Positions 10,298-20,456 of a DNA stretch of 64,000 nucleotides are shown here, in pieces; positions within the stretch are counted from its first letter, which is position 1, and every line of letters begins with the position of its first letter. The notes below the pieces were generated by a model. The model was not told the origin of the DNA. It made no database searches and saw only the letters and a program-made list of their open reading frames with translations. The DNA is taken from the IMG/VR virus record IMGVR_UViG_3300044556_000077, positions 68,183 through 132,182 of that record. One strand, 5' to 3'. Source of the stretch: a virus (Duplodnaviria; Caudoviricetes). The translations under genes and the position numbers were made by a program.

Positions 10298-11251
10298 TTA
10301 CCAAACAACTTTAGGATCATTGATCGGATAGTCTTGCGTATCAATAGGATATTTCTTTTGGAAGTCCTGAGTGAATAACTTAGGATCTGGCTTATGATAT
10401 CCAGTATAAGCAAAGTTATCACTACCTCTAAGGAAGTAATAGTAGCCAACACGATTACCACCACAGTCATCCCAACATGAATCAACCCAATACCACTTTC
10501 CATCAAGCTTAACAAGATTGTAGGCGTGACCTACATTGTTGTATTCCGCTGACGGAATTAATCTACATGGGATACCCATATCTCTACACATCTGATAAAA
10601 TGTCCCTGCGTAGCCAATGCATACAATTTGCTTGTTTAAGAAAGCAGACCATACATAATACTGTCCATAATGTGGAAGATCATAATCAGCGTATTCGGTA
10701 TTTAAAATAATATAGTCATGAATGGCTAATACTAGATGAGCTTGATCGGCGTTAGGATTCTCCTTTTTAATTTTTTCCTCGGCTAATTTCATCATCTTAT
10801 CAGCTTTTTTTGCTCTCATAGCTTCACCTTTGTCATCTGGAGTAAGTGTGCCATAAAACCAATATTGTTTACCAATCTTCCGTTTATGTTCATTGAAGTC
10901 TCCATAATAGACCCTACTTCCAATAAAGTACTGATAGTAGTCTCCTCTTTTAGAAGTTCCATTATCATACTCCATTTGTTTCCAGATTCTTTCAGCAAGC
11001 CTACTTACACTTGTTTTCTTACTCATTTTTAATCTGAAATTCACTGTTTGTGTATTAATAGCAGCCTGTCTTAAACTAGTTACAGCATCGGAGAAGTTCT
11101 TGTAAGTTACTACTTTTACTGCTTTCTTGTGTGTCTTTTTTGCTTTTGCATAGCATGTAACGTCATCGTTGAACAGCAAAGAAGAAAGAATTAACACTAC
11201 AATTAATACAATAGCAAAAGGTATACGAACCCAATTCCTTTTATTACTCAT
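10298..11251 (-). CDS. Secreted transglutaminase-like cysteine protease-fold protein
   Basis: Signal peptide; triad motifs VCIGYA, GHAYN, WVDSCWD. Confidence 0.8.
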   Translation of the reverse strand: MSNKRNWVRIPFAIVLIVVLILSSLLFNDDVTCYAKAKKTHKKAVKVVTYKNFSDAVTSLRQAAINTQTVNFRLKMSKKTSVSRLAERIWKQMEYDNGTSKRGDYYQYFIGSRVYYGDFNEHKRKIGKQYWFYGTLTPDDKGEAMRAKKADKMMKLAEEKIKKENPNADQAHLVLAIHDYIILNTEYADYDLPHYGQYYVWSAFLNKQIVCIGYAGTFYQMCRDMGIPCRLIPSAEYNNVGHAYNLVKLDGKWYWVDSCWDDCGGNRVGYYYFLRGSDNFAYTGYHKPDPKLFTQDFQKKYPIDTQDYPINDPKVVW

Positions 11252-11429
11252 ATAATCACCTTTGTCTTAACGTCTAATTAGCATCACCTCTCTCCTTGTA
11301 ATCCTACGATTATCCTTGTATGCCGTGTTAATCCTTGTGATCATATATGAGTTACCTTAATGGCTATGGTGGTAACTCATGAATAACTAATGTATTAGAC
11401 ATATTCATTTTTCTCTCCTCTCTTATTTT

Positions 11430-11780
11430 TTATACTTCTTTCCATTCATCAAGCTTGTCATTATCACTATTAAATTCATATTTAAATCCAAATTCTTCTT
11501 TTGAGTTCCATGCCTCATTTTTCACCTGCTCTACAGGTTTATTGGAATCAATCTTTATCCATGAAGCATCTTCAATAAAAGAGTTTGTAATATAAACCAT
11601 ATAATCTTTAGCTCTACGAAATCCAATTTCATTATTAGGAAAAACAACACTATGTTTCTCTCCATCTGTAGTTGTAAATACAATCTCAGAAGGATTTTCG
11701 TTAAGCCTATATTCTGTCACATTGTTAAAATTAAGGATAAAATGTATTGACATGGCTTCATTACAACAATATATCAGCAT
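11430..11780 (-). CDS. Hypothetical phage protein
   Basis: ORF coupled to neighbours; has a paralogue at 10089. Confidence 0.65.
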   Translation of the reverse strand: MLIYCCNEAMSIHFILNFNNVTEYRLNENPSEIVFTTTDGEKHSVVFPNNEIGFRRAKDYMVYITNSFIEDASWIKIDSNKPVEQVKNEAWNSKEEFGFKYEFNSDNDKLDEWKEV

Positions 11781-12007
11781 TAATCTTCACCAACTTCTTT
11801 AGATAAATAAGCTTCAATGGCTTCCTCACAAGTTACCCTTTTATTTTTAATAGACAGTCTCTCGCATTCATAAAAAGCAGCACATTTGTATTTTGTCCTG
11901 CAGTCAAACATTTTCCCAGACAAAGCCTTAAGAAGATTATCTTTATTTGAAACCAATTCTTCCATCCTAGTCATTATAAAGTTCCTTTCTCTGCTGCAAC
12001 CATGCAA
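11780..12007 (-). CDS. Small Cys-containing hypothetical protein
   Basis: ORF in minus-strand run; true start probably MTRME. Confidence 0.55.
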   Translation of the reverse strand: MHGCSRERNFIMTRMEELVSNKDNLLKALSGKMFDCRTKYKCAAFYECERLSIKNKRVTCEEAIEAYLSKEVGED

Positions 12008-12152
12008 CTATATTTTTAAAGCAATTCTCTACAGAATCACATTCATTATCATCCCAAACAGGGCAACATATCTCTCCTTCGCAACAGGTATCTGGCTCAA
12101 GTAAAGATGCCAGTTTATATTCATTCTGTGTATAGTACTCAAAATTAGTCAT
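11967..12152 (-). CDS. Small Cys-rich phage protein (MTNFE...C..C...WL type)
   Basis: RBS AAGGAG; Cys pattern. Confidence 0.6.
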   Translation of the reverse strand: MTNFEYYTQNEYKLASLLEPDTCCEGEICCPVWDDNECDSVENCFKNIVAWLQQRKELYND

Positions 12153-12190
12153 TATATAGCTCCTTGTTGGTTATTGTTCTTTATTTCATA

Positions 12191-12391
12191 TTAATCATAC
12201 TGAATCGCATAGAATAACTGCTCTCTTACGATATCTAATGCTATACAAATTCCTTTATCAAATTCATTGTCGTTGCACAATTCCTTACGGAGTAAATCTT
12301 TCATCAGTTTCAATGCAGCAATATACCCATCTCTTTTACCACATTTATATGCAGCTTTATTATTTTCGTTCATGTTTATTTCCTCTTGCAC
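12191..12391 (-). CDS. Hypothetical protein
   Basis: ORF with internal GAGG RBS before MNENN. Confidence 0.55.
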   Translation of the reverse strand: MQEEINMNENNKAAYKCGKRDGYIAALKLMKDLLRKELCNDNEFDKGICIALDIVREQLFYAIQYD

Positions 12392-12393
12392 TC

Positions 12394-12681
12394 TTACGAA
12401 TGATAAACTAAATAATAATGTTTACCATTATATTCTACATGTTCATATCCTATACAATAACTATTCATTCTCACAACAAGCCAAACTGCATCTTTAACAG
12501 GCTCTTCGAAATCTCCACAGTCCTCATCAAATTCCATCTTTGTTAGAGGAACATCAGAACAGAATCCAACATCCCAATCATCCAGATTAAAATGATCCCA
12601 TAAATCATCTTCTGATAGTCCTGTAAGTTTGCTCAAATCTTTTCTGGTACTGAACATCTTTAATTCAATCATAGGCTTCAC
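12394..12681 (-). CDS. Hypothetical phage protein
   Basis: ORF, acidic, DDWDVGF motif. Confidence 0.6.
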   Translation of the reverse strand: MKPMIELKMFSTRKDLSKLTGLSEDDLWDHFNLDDWDVGFCSDVPLTKMEFDEDCGDFEEPVKDAVWLVVRMNSYCIGYEHVEYNGKHYYLVYHS

Positions 12682-12784
12682 CTCATTTAACCAATATGCT
12701 TTTCAATAATATCAATAATCCTGTCTAATTCATTAATATATTTAAACATGTCTTCTTTTTCTTTCTGCAAATCATTAATAATAC

Positions 12785-13381
12785 CTAATGAGGGTTTGTG
12801 TTTAACTTCATACCGTGGCAACGAATTTTGTTCTTTTTAGAATCGTCATTATAACCATATCTCATAGTATTAGCATCAGTTTCAAATTCATCTGGTGTAA
12901 TTCGTTTAAATCCACCGAACAAAGAACCACTTTTCCCATTAGACAAAATACAAGCCAAACCATTGATAAATGCTGTGTTGTTTTGTGCATTCTGTATTTC
13001 TACACTATTTACAAACATCTGTGCAACTTTCAGCATGTCACGCCCTTCAGCAGTCTCGCATTCTTTTACTGCTTTATTAAAGTTATCAATATAGTCTTTT
13101 ACTTTGTCTAAAGTCTTCTGAGCTTTATCCTCAACATTCTTATTGATTTCTTCTTTCTTAATAAGTTCCTGCGTTTTATCTTCAATTTCCTGTTTGATCT
13201 CATTAAGTCTTTTCTCTGCTTTATCAATTTCCTTTTCAGTATCAAACAGCTTTAACAGATCTGGATTTTTAGAACAAATCGCATATGTAACTTTTGCAGC
13301 TCTACTATTTGCCTGTGAATGATTCAACCCATTGTTCATCAATGTTTCTTTTACCACTTCCCAGTTTTTATTCAGTTCCAT
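12785..13381 (-). CDS. Hypothetical coiled-coil protein
   Basis: RBS AGGAG; long ORF. Confidence 0.7.
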   Translation of the reverse strand: MELNKNWEVVKETLMNNGLNHSQANSRAAKVTYAICSKNPDLLKLFDTEKEIDKAEKRLNEIKQEIEDKTQELIKKEEINKNVEDKAQKTLDKVKDYIDNFNKAVKECETAEGRDMLKVAQMFVNSVEIQNAQNNTAFINGLACILSNGKSGSLFGGFKRITPDEFETDANTMRYGYNDDSKKNKIRCHGMKLNTNPH

Positions 13382-13413
13382 TTTTTACTCCTATCTATTT
13401 AACTTTATAACTC

Positions 13414-13932
13414 TTACTCCTCGTTTGGAAGCTCTGGTAATGGCATCCATGCTATTATTCTGCTTGTAGTAAATTTGCTATGCACTGTGGTTTCAAGCAC
13501 AATCGGTCTTTTTTCGCCCACGCTGTCGCAAATTTCAAAAACAGGATAACCGCTATTTCCGTCCTTACTTATCATTCTGCCGTAGATAACTCGACCATAA
13601 CAGGACAGTAGAACGTGCTGTTTTATTTCTGGCAGTCTCTCACTACATGGAATCCACCTTGGCTCTGGCTGTGCGTATGGCAACACAGATAATTTACTCA
13701 CGGCAAAATCAATTCCGTCATTGTATCCGATGTCGTACTCGGTGCACCATCCCTCGTCAACCTTTGCACCGTCGAATGCATCAATCGCCGCCTGTCTGCT
13801 AATCAAATCATCCATCATGTTCTCCTTTCCATGCTTCTGGTATTTGTCATGCAGCATCCAATCTGGTATTTCTGCATTACGTTTGTTTACTTCATCCATT
13901 CCTCTGTACCGATTAATACTTAAATCAAACAT
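13414..13932 (-). CDS. DUF551-like phage protein
   Basis: DLISRQAAID, WIPCSERLPE, AWMPLP motifs. Confidence 0.7.
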   Translation of the reverse strand: MFDLSINRYRGMDEVNKRNAEIPDWMLHDKYQKHGKENMMDDLISRQAAIDAFDGAKVDEGWCTEYDIGYNDGIDFAVSKLSVLPYAQPEPRWIPCSERLPEIKQHVLLSCYGRVIYGRMISKDGNSGYPVFEICDSVGEKRPIVLETTVHSKFTTSRIIAWMPLPELPNEE

Positions 13933-13934
13933 TT

Positions 13935-14249
13935 TTATTTCTCCTTTGGCATATTAGGCAATGGCATCCAATACTTCACTGTATCTGGAAATCCTTGTTC
14001 ATCAAGCCACTCTTCCGATATAAGAACCCAGTGACAAAACTCTACAAATAATCCTGTAAAAACAAGATATTTACCCGATGTCTTAGGAAGTTTATCTTCT
14101 ACACTTATCCACCGTCCAAATGGCAGGGCAGTTGGCATATTATCAATCAAATTATATAAATTACCAAACGTAATGAAGTAGGCTCTAAGATTTGCATATT
14201 CTTTATTGGCTAATTTACTAATAAGTGCATCCACATCAATCAATCTCAT
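13935..14249 (-). CDS. DUF551-like phage protein
   Basis: MRLIDVDAL, WISVEDKLP, YWMPLP motifs. Confidence 0.75.
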   Translation of the reverse strand: MRLIDVDALISKLANKEYANLRAYFITFGNLYNLIDNMPTALPFGRWISVEDKLPKTSGKYLVFTGLFVEFCHWVLISEEWLDEQGFPDTVKYWMPLPNMPKEK

Positions 14250-14601
14250 TACTTTCCTCTTTCTTAATTGCTTCTTTAATATACTTTACTGCAGCATGGA
14301 TTGCACCGTTATATCCCTGCTGATAATCATCAAGTCCTTCTTCTGGACTCCATGCTAATTCACTAATTGCTTTTTTAATATTTGTTAATGTTTCTATCGT
14401 ATGGCTACCCATCATTCTGCCCTCTAATACTTTGCGTCTTCCCAAAATGAATCTACAAACATCTTTATAATCACCATTAACTAATTGATCTTTAATTGTC
14501 TCAGAAACAATAGGAGGGATTTCTAAGAAATCTTCTATCTGCTCTGCAAAGAATTTTGCATCGCTTCTTTTCATTCCGTCTTCTAATTTTCTAAACATCA
14601 T
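14236..14601 (-). CDS. Hypothetical protein
   Basis: ORF with RBS. Confidence 0.6.
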   Translation of the reverse strand: MMFRKLEDGMKRSDAKFFAEQIEDFLEIPPIVSETIKDQLVNGDYKDVCRFILGRRKVLEGRMMGSHTIETLTNIKKAISELAWSPEEGLDDYQQGYNGAIHAAVKYIKEAIKKEESNEID

Positions 14602-14649
14602 TATCTTTCCTAATATTACTCTTTATTAAACATAAGTTCTAATAGAGTA

Positions 14650-14895
14650 TTATTCCTCTGTATCCTTTAACAGACTCTCAATATTATCAGCCAGATAATG
14701 TGTTACTCTCTTATATCCATTGGAGTTTGTATTTTCGTCAAACCCTCTGAATGATGTCCTGACTGGATAAACATCAGTAATTTTATCGTCCTCAATCTCT
14801 ACGGCAATAGCCCATCCGAACAAATGAAGGATACTATTAATAAACCACAATAATCCTGTTGCTCTAAATTCTTCCCATGTCTTTTTCTTAATCAT
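14650..14895 (-). CDS. Conserved-looking phage hypothetical protein
   Basis: WEEFRATGLLWFINSILH..GW...FRGF motif. Confidence 0.65.
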   Translation of the reverse strand: MIKKKTWEEFRATGLLWFINSILHLFGWAIAVEIEDDKITDVYPVRTSFRGFDENTNSNGYKRVTHYLADNIESLLKDTEE

Positions 14896-14897
14896 TT

Positions 14898-15122
14898 TTA
14901 TTCATCATCCTTTAAAATATCTTTTAAATATTGTACTCTTTTAATGCGTTCAATTTCTTTCTTCATGTCCTTTTTAATTCCACTGACTGCTTGACCTACA
15001 CCTACCTCAGAGCTAAGACCAAGTGACCTGTGATTATCAAACCAGTCGTCCACAATATTCATAGCAGAATATATGCCCTCAATATAAATCTCAAACTTTT
15101 CATTACTATTCATCATAATCAC
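14898..15122 (-). CDS. Hypothetical protein
   Basis: ORF in minus-strand run. Confidence 0.55.
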   Translation of the reverse strand: MIMMNSNEKFEIYIEGIYSAMNIVDDWFDNHRSLGLSSEVGVGQAVSGIKKDMKKEIERIKRVQYLKDILKDDE

Positions 15123-15633
15123 CTACGCTTCGCTGAATTGTCTCTTCTATAAATGCTTTGATTTTTTCCACGTCATCTCTTGAAAGGGTATTAGAACAAT
15201 ACACTATATCGGTCACAAGACCAATTGCGACTGTTATCATCGTAGTCATTTAATCCACCTCCATATTAAGCTTGTCATTTCATACAGTTCACTATTCTTT
15301 AGGTAATTTCCAATTCGCTTTCATGCCATTAGCTAGCCACAAGGTGAAATACTTCTGAGGAATTTTTTGCTTATGTCTTTCTTCCAACATTTAATCCTAT
15401 TACTAACGTATCTTATCTTTATTGATTGTTTCTTCTGCTCTAATCTTTCTTGTCTTGTCATCACTTTTCACTAATCGTAGCCTTTTTTTTCTTTTGCAAT
15501 TATAGCGCATCCAACCCAGTAGAGACACCATCCAAAATTTTTAACATGTTCAGACATATCTGTGCATATAAGATAAGTTTTAATATGCTCCATAAATTCC
15601 TCGTTTGTATAGATTTTTACTGTACTCATAATT

Positions 15634-16008
15634 TTACTGTTCTTCTTTGTGCTTTACCCATTTACTACAAAAATCATCTGAGCAAATATCAGCAGTCTTA
15701 GTTAATGAGCAGAAATATGAATTCATTGTTCTTCCGCCTGCAAGTGCTATATGAGTATAGTATTTACAAGTAGAACATTCGTGCACCGTTTTGTAGCCAT
15801 TTTTGTTCATGTTTATAATGGCATCTACATAACCCTTAGTGTATTCGTCTTTTGGAATCTTATCTGCTTTGCTTTCTTCCATCTCTTTCATGCTAAGACA
15901 AATTACATCATATATCTTCCATTTATCATCTTTTAATACTTTATAATTATCCCTAGCTACAGAGAAAATCTTATAAAGTTCATCCCACATTTCTTTATAA
16001 TCAGCCAT
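15634..16008 (-). CDS. Hypothetical protein with C-terminal Cys cluster
   Basis: CSTCKY...C...DDFCS. Confidence 0.65.
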   Translation of the reverse strand: MADYKEMWDELYKIFSVARDNYKVLKDDKWKIYDVICLSMKEMEESKADKIPKDEYTKGYVDAIINMNKNGYKTVHECSTCKYYTHIALAGGRTMNSYFCSLTKTADICSDDFCSKWVKHKEEQ

Positions 16009-16203
16009 GTTATTTATTAGCCTTCTTTTGCTTTATGCTTCATAAACTCAATTAAATCATTATAGCAGCATTCGCACATATCTAGTTTATGCCTATAATC
16101 ATATTTATATTCCTTGAATTTATACTTAAAGCGATCCTTCGTTATATCTCTTCCGCAGATATCACACGTAACAACTTTTCTTTTCATTCCAATTAAACTC
16201 CCG

Positions 16204-16560
16204 TCATTTCAATAAACTCATCATAATACTCATATATTTCTGCCTTGCCATCTTCGAAGCCTTTGTCATAGGATTCATTATAGCTGTTGCTCTTATTTGC
16301 TTTGTATCCATCGTCAAAAGCTGCAGAGTAATAAGTTTAAGATAGTCATTCATAAATATACTTTTGCGTTCTTCACTTCTATCCTGATTAGGATATATCT
16401 CTCCCAAAGTATCCCAGATCCATACTACAAATGCGTTCTTGCAGTTTTCAATACCATGATCTACTCCATCACAAAACCCTTCATCACGCATAGGGCATCT
16501 GACACACTTTATATAGTTAGATAAAATTTCAGCTAAAGTGCCAACTTCATTATTAGTCAT
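16204..16560 (-). CDS. Cys-rich hypothetical protein
   Basis: RBS GAGGAG; CVRCP...C...C. Confidence 0.55.
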   Translation of the reverse strand: MTNNEVGTLAEILSNYIKCVRCPMRDEGFCDGVDHGIENCKNAFVVWIWDTLGEIYPNQDRSEERKSIFMNDYLKLITLQLLTMDTKQIRATAIMNPMTKASKMARQKYMSIMMSLLK

Positions 16561-16864
16561 CTATATTCTCCTCATCAATAAGTTTACTACGATATCTGAT
16601 CCTGTTATTAATATCATCCAGTCTGTCATAGATCAAAGTCTTGTAGGTAGTAAGTGCTTCAATCTGGTCACATACAATATTAAGCGGGGCATATCGATCA
16701 TACATGTGTACATCCTCATCATAAGCTAGGCTTGAGTAATATAAAGCGCATTTGTCATATTCCTTATTAAGCTCAATCACTCTTGCAGCTACATCTTTAT
16801 ACTCACCTTCAAACTTTGCGTACTCATATTTCAACTTGCTGATAAACTCATCATTCTTACTCAA
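16553..16864 (-). CDS. Hypothetical protein
   Basis: ORF with RBS. Confidence 0.6.
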   Translation of the reverse strand: MSKNDEFISKLKYEYAKFEGEYKDVAARVIELNKEYDKCALYYSSLAYDEDVHMYDRYAPLNIVCDQIEALTTYKTLIYDRLDDINNRIRYRSKLIDEENIDD

Positions 16865-16878
16865 TGGTATCTCCTCTC

Positions 16879-17127
16879 TTACATTAAAATATTTAAAAGC
16901 TCATTATATTCTGCTTCATCACTGTCGGTATTCTTCTCATATTTTTCCTGAAATCTCATAACCTTCGACATTAAAGCTACGATAATTGAATTTAAAAATA
17001 AAACATCTTCATCACTTATTTCTTTAGTTTCTTTTATACGTGCAAGAATAAGTTGTGCTTTAAGTCCATCTACTAACATCATATCTTCTTTATTATTCAT
17101 CGGTTTCATCCTCTTTGTAATATCCAC
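16879..17127 (-). CDS. Hypothetical protein
   Basis: ORF in minus-strand run. Confidence 0.55.
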   Translation of the reverse strand: MDITKRMKPMNNKEDMMLVDGLKAQLILARIKETKEISDEDVLFLNSIIVALMSKVMRFQEKYEKNTDSDEAEYNELLNILM

Positions 17128-17362
17128 ATCCTAACATATCACTTGTATAAGATTCGAGATAACAACCTAATCTTTTACAATAAAGACGAGTAAGTTCTTT
17201 ACTGTATGCACATTTATTACATGTATGTGCCGGGTTAATCTTTTTAGATGTCTCAATCTTTCTCTTAAATGAATTAATGTCTATCGCCAAGGCAAACATG
17301 CAGATCATAAAGACAACCTGAATGATTACGAGCAATATCAGTAATGATGCTACGCTACGCAT
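17093..17362 (-). CDS. Membrane-anchored Cys-rich hypothetical protein
   Basis: TM helix followed by CNKC..C..C; start refined to MRSVAS. Confidence 0.55.
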   Translation of the reverse strand: MRSVASLLILLVIIQVVFMICMFALAIDINSFKRKIETSKKINPAHTCNKCAYSKELTRLYCKRLGCYLESYTSDMLGCGYYKEDETDE

Positions 17363-17549
17363 TGTTTTCTTCTTCCTTTCTTTGCCATTTGTCGCAACAC
17401 ATTGCCTCATATACTATTAACCCACTAAGACATTTGCATTTTCCATCAGCCCACATATTTTCCAAGGCCACGTTACCTTCACCATACTGAAATGAATCAT
17501 AGTGCTTACAATTTTTACAATACTTCTGAGCAATTACATATTCATTCAT
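17355..17549 (-). CDS. Small Cys-rich protein
   Basis: CKNCKH...C...CCDKW; RBS AGGAG. Confidence 0.6.
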   Translation of the reverse strand: MNEYVIAQKYCKNCKHYDSFQYGEGNVALENMWADGKCKCLSGLIVYEAMCCDKWQRKEEENNA

Positions 17550-17551
17550 TT

Positions 17552-17917
17552 TTATTCTCCTTTAACATATCTACGATCCTTCGTATCTTGATACCAGCCT
17601 GAACAGCGCATATCAGGAGTAACCAATAATCCATACTTGTAGCACTTTAATCTGTTGTTGCAATATTCAATTTTGCATGAACCACTACACCATTCGCATG
17701 TCATACTACTAAACCTGTTAAAAGCATCATTATATCCATCGTTATAAGCTTTGCGTACTGTCTCAGCAGCCATCTCAACATCTTTGTCTTTCCCTCGATC
17801 GATTAGTCTCTGTATAGCAACATCAACATTATGTTCTCCTTTATCGGATAGATTAAAATTTCTCAATGCATCAAGAAACACTTTTGCTTCTGCAAGCTCT
17901 AATTCAGTCGGTGTCAT
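17552..17917 (-). CDS. Hypothetical protein with C-terminal Cys cluster
   Basis: ORF with RBS. Confidence 0.65.
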   Translation of the reverse strand: MTPTELELAEAKVFLDALRNFNLSDKGEHNVDVAIQRLIDRGKDKDVEMAAETVRKAYNDGYNDAFNRFSSMTCEWCSGSCKIEYCNNRLKCYKYGLLVTPDMRCSGWYQDTKDRRYVKGE

Positions 17918-17926
17918 TATTCGTCA

Positions 17927-18160
17927 TCACTCTCCTTTATCTTCTTTTAATTCATCTTTTTCTGCTTCAAAGCACTTAATCATATTCTTCAATGTATAAA
18001 TTCTTGTATAAGTATCACTTAATTCTTTCCTAACTGTTTCTTCTTTGTTTAGTTCAATTTCAAGCAATGTCTCAACATACTTAATCACATCTTCCCTGTT
18101 CTTTTGCTTAAAGATTTCTATAGCTTCTTTACTTGTTATCATTGTCTTTGTCCTCAACAT
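17927..18160 (-). CDS. Hypothetical protein
   Basis: ORF in minus-strand run. Confidence 0.55.
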   Translation of the reverse strand: MLRTKTMITSKEAIEIFKQKNREDVIKYVETLLEIELNKEETVRKELSDTYTRIYTLKNMIKCFEAEKDELKEDKGE

Positions 18161-18416
18161 CTATTACAATTGGATCACATACCTTATTCTGCAGCTCACG
18201 AATCTTATTCCGAATAAAAGTTCTTTCGTCACGAAATTCTTCTTCAAGGATCTTTATCCTAGAGCCTGTGTGAATATCCATAAAGATACTCACCAACAGG
18301 ACTATTGTAAGTGTTATGTTCGCCACCAAACTAAGCATTTTCATCTTCATCCCATCCTTCTTGATCGTATTCCCATTCTTCTTCTTTGCACTTCTCATAT
18401 CCGCTTTCATATCCAT
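18129..18416 (-). CDS. Small membrane-anchored protein
   Basis: TM helix LSLVANITLTIVLLVSIF; start probably later than the ORF start. Confidence 0.45.
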   Translation of the reverse strand: MDMKADMRSAKKKNGNTIKKDGMKMKMLSLVANITLTIVLLVSIFMDIHTGSRIKILEEEFRDERTFIRNKIRELQNKVCDPIVIDVEDKDNDNK

Positions 18417-18831
18417 CTGAGAATCCCATATCGTACATACTATTCAGTTTAGAATACATATAATCCGTAAGCACTTTATAGCAATCATTTACAGCCTTTG
18501 GATTTCCATGATCTCTTTCGTATTCTTCATCATACTCATCTCTATAAAACATATCTTCAACCACTTCCCTTGCCATCATATGATTTGTTTCTGCATCCTC
18601 TAAAACATCTGTATGCCAATCCAACTTCGGTATAGTAACACCAGATTTGTTTACTTCAATCTCTCCGTCAGTATCACATTTATAAGCAGCTGTCTCATAA
18701 TCTTTCAGATCATACATGCATCTGGCGTCTACCACAAACCCTTCTACAGAACGATCATCTTTCATCCATTTCGGAACGCTCTCATTAATCTGATCGATAG
18801 CTTTCTTTACTGCTTCTTTGTCTTTGCTCAT
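18331..18831 (-). CDS. Acidic hypothetical protein; paralogue of 18906-19205
   Basis: PKWMKDDRSVEGFVVD vs PEWMRQDRTVEGFVVD. Confidence 0.7.
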   Translation of the reverse strand: MSKDKEAVKKAIDQINESVPKWMKDDRSVEGFVVDARCMYDLKDYETAAYKCDTDGEIEVNKSGVTIPKLDWHTDVLEDAETNHMMAREVVEDMFYRDEYDEEYERDHGNPKAVNDCYKVLTDYMYSKLNSMYDMGFSDGYESGYEKCKEEEWEYDQEGWDEDENA

Positions 18832-18905
18832 ATCTCATTCAAACCTTTCCCATAATATTAACCCCCTAAATATATTATCAATGCAACAGTTTATGTTTTA
18901 GACTT

Positions 18906-19205
18906 CTATTTCATATCTCTCAGCATCTTTCTGGCTTTCTTGTGATTGAACCTTGCCTGAACCAGATTCTTCGCATGCAACTCAACGACCGGATCTCCGT
19001 AGGCTCTACTTGTTACATTACCTTTCTTATTACATCTAAATGCCATTGTTTCATAGTCCTGTGTATCCAGAGTATATACTGTATCTACAACAAACCCCTC
19101 AACAGTACGATCTTGTCTCATCCATTCAGGGATATTCTTGTTTGCATGATTGAAGTCTATAAGTTCTTTTTCAAACTCTGTAATCTGATCTGTATAGTCT
19201 GCCAT
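18906..19205 (-). CDS. Hypothetical protein; paralogue of 18331-18831
   Basis: Shared motif; RBS GAAAGGA. Confidence 0.7.
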   Translation of the reverse strand: MADYTDQITEFEKELIDFNHANKNIPEWMRQDRTVEGFVVDTVYTLDTQDYETMAFRCNKKGNVTSRAYGDPVVELHAKNLVQARFNHKKARKMLRDMK

Positions 19206-19349
19206 GCTACATTCCTTTCTTTTAACGTTACAATAATTGATAAAATAACAAAAGATGTAACTTAAATCTTTATTTTATACCAATTAAGTTACACCTCATA
19301 ATCTCTAGTCCCTTCTAGCAAAAATCGCTGTATCCCCTTGACACTTTTT

Positions 19350-19377
19350 ATTATACATATATCGCAAGATTTGTCAA
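19350..19377 (-). promoter_or_regulatory. Sigma-A-type promoter
   Basis: TTGACA-16-TATAAT. Confidence 0.6.
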
Positions 19378-19427
19378 TGATTTTATTTATCGGACATTTA
19401 TATTCTATTATGTTTAATAGTCTTTAG

Positions 19428-19826
19428 CTATATTACATTCCCACGCTGTACTGCACCATTTACCATACTCTCACTCGGAGGATCTGGAAGATATGTCCAA
19501 GCAATTAAATCAGCTTCACCGATCAAACGTGTATTAAAGCTGTTATGCTCATAAGGCAATACAGCATAATTATAATCATCATATGAAAAAAAGTTGCATT
19601 TCCTATAATATACCAAATACTCACCCATCTTCTCGGGATGGGTATTCATGCAGCTGTGCCACTCCTGACTCATATTAGCATCCATATTGTTCACATACAC
19701 CTCAATATCTCCCACAGGATCATCCGATCTATTCAGATCATCACTATCCAAATACTCCATAAGTTCTCTCTGTGAAATTAAATCTCTTTCATATTCCATT
19801 GCATCACTCCAAATCATTTGCTTCAT
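19428..19826 (-). CDS. DUF551-like phage protein
   Basis: DLISQREL, WHSC...P, AWTYLPDPP. Confidence 0.65.
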   Translation of the reverse strand: MKQMIWSDAMEYERDLISQRELMEYLDSDDLNRSDDPVGDIEVYVNNMDANMSQEWHSCMNTHPEKMGEYLVYYRKCNFFSYDDYNYAVLPYEHNSFNTRLIGEADLIAWTYLPDPPSESMVNGAVQRGNVI

Positions 19827-20175
19827 CGAGTTTCAAGCTAATCAAAGCGCAGACTTTAGCATACCCGGTGGCAACGCCTAAATAAAATTCATTATCTTTC
19901 TGGTCATTCTCTTCATTCATTCCAAGATGCTTATATCTTCTGGCTCTGCTCCTGCAGCTCTCATAAAGTTCTCCTATGTTTAACATGTTTTTATCGATCT
20001 GACAAAGTTCTTTCTCGTCACTCTCACTGACAGTATTTGTATCGCTCTGATGCTTCTCTGGCTGGCTGTGGTTAGCTCTCTCACGAGTTTTCTTCACGCT
20101 TGACCCAAGCATCCATCCAAGTATAAAAGCGCAAACCAGAGCCATAAGAAGGATTATTTTAACATCGTTTGTCAT
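19804..20175 (-). CDS. Membrane-anchored hypothetical protein
   Basis: N-terminal TM helix; RBS AGAAAGGA. Confidence 0.65.
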   Translation of the reverse strand: MTNDVKIILLMALVCAFILGWMLGSSVKKTRERANHSQPEKHQSDTNTVSESDEKELCQIDKNMLNIGELYESCRSRARRYKHLGMNEENDQKDNEFYLGVATGYAKVCALISLKLDEANDLE

Positions 20176-20279
20176 TTAACATTCCTTTCTGTAAATAAAG
20201 CCCTTTATCAATACATGATTAACAAAGGGCTTAGTTGAAATACAGTGAGCTATAGTTATTTATATCATTCTATATTAGA

Positions 20280-20456
20280 CTACTTATTCTCTTCTGTAAC
20301 CTGATTAGCATTCTGCTGTGCAGCTGCTTCTCTCTCAATAATATTCTTAAGAGTAGTAATTGAAGCTGCCATATTAATCGTATCCATTCCCTTTACTTCA
20401 ATTCCAAGCAGTGCGTTATATACCTGTGCGATCTCATTCAGTGTCTTCTGATCCAT
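20280..20456 (-). CDS. 58-aa hypothetical protein (MDQKTLNEIAQ...), absent from the ORF track
   Basis: ATG overlaps the upstream stop codon; GAGG RBS. Confidence 0.6.
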   Translation of the reverse strand: MDQKTLNEIAQVYNALLGIEVKGMDTINMAASITTLKNIIEREAAAQQNANQVTEENK

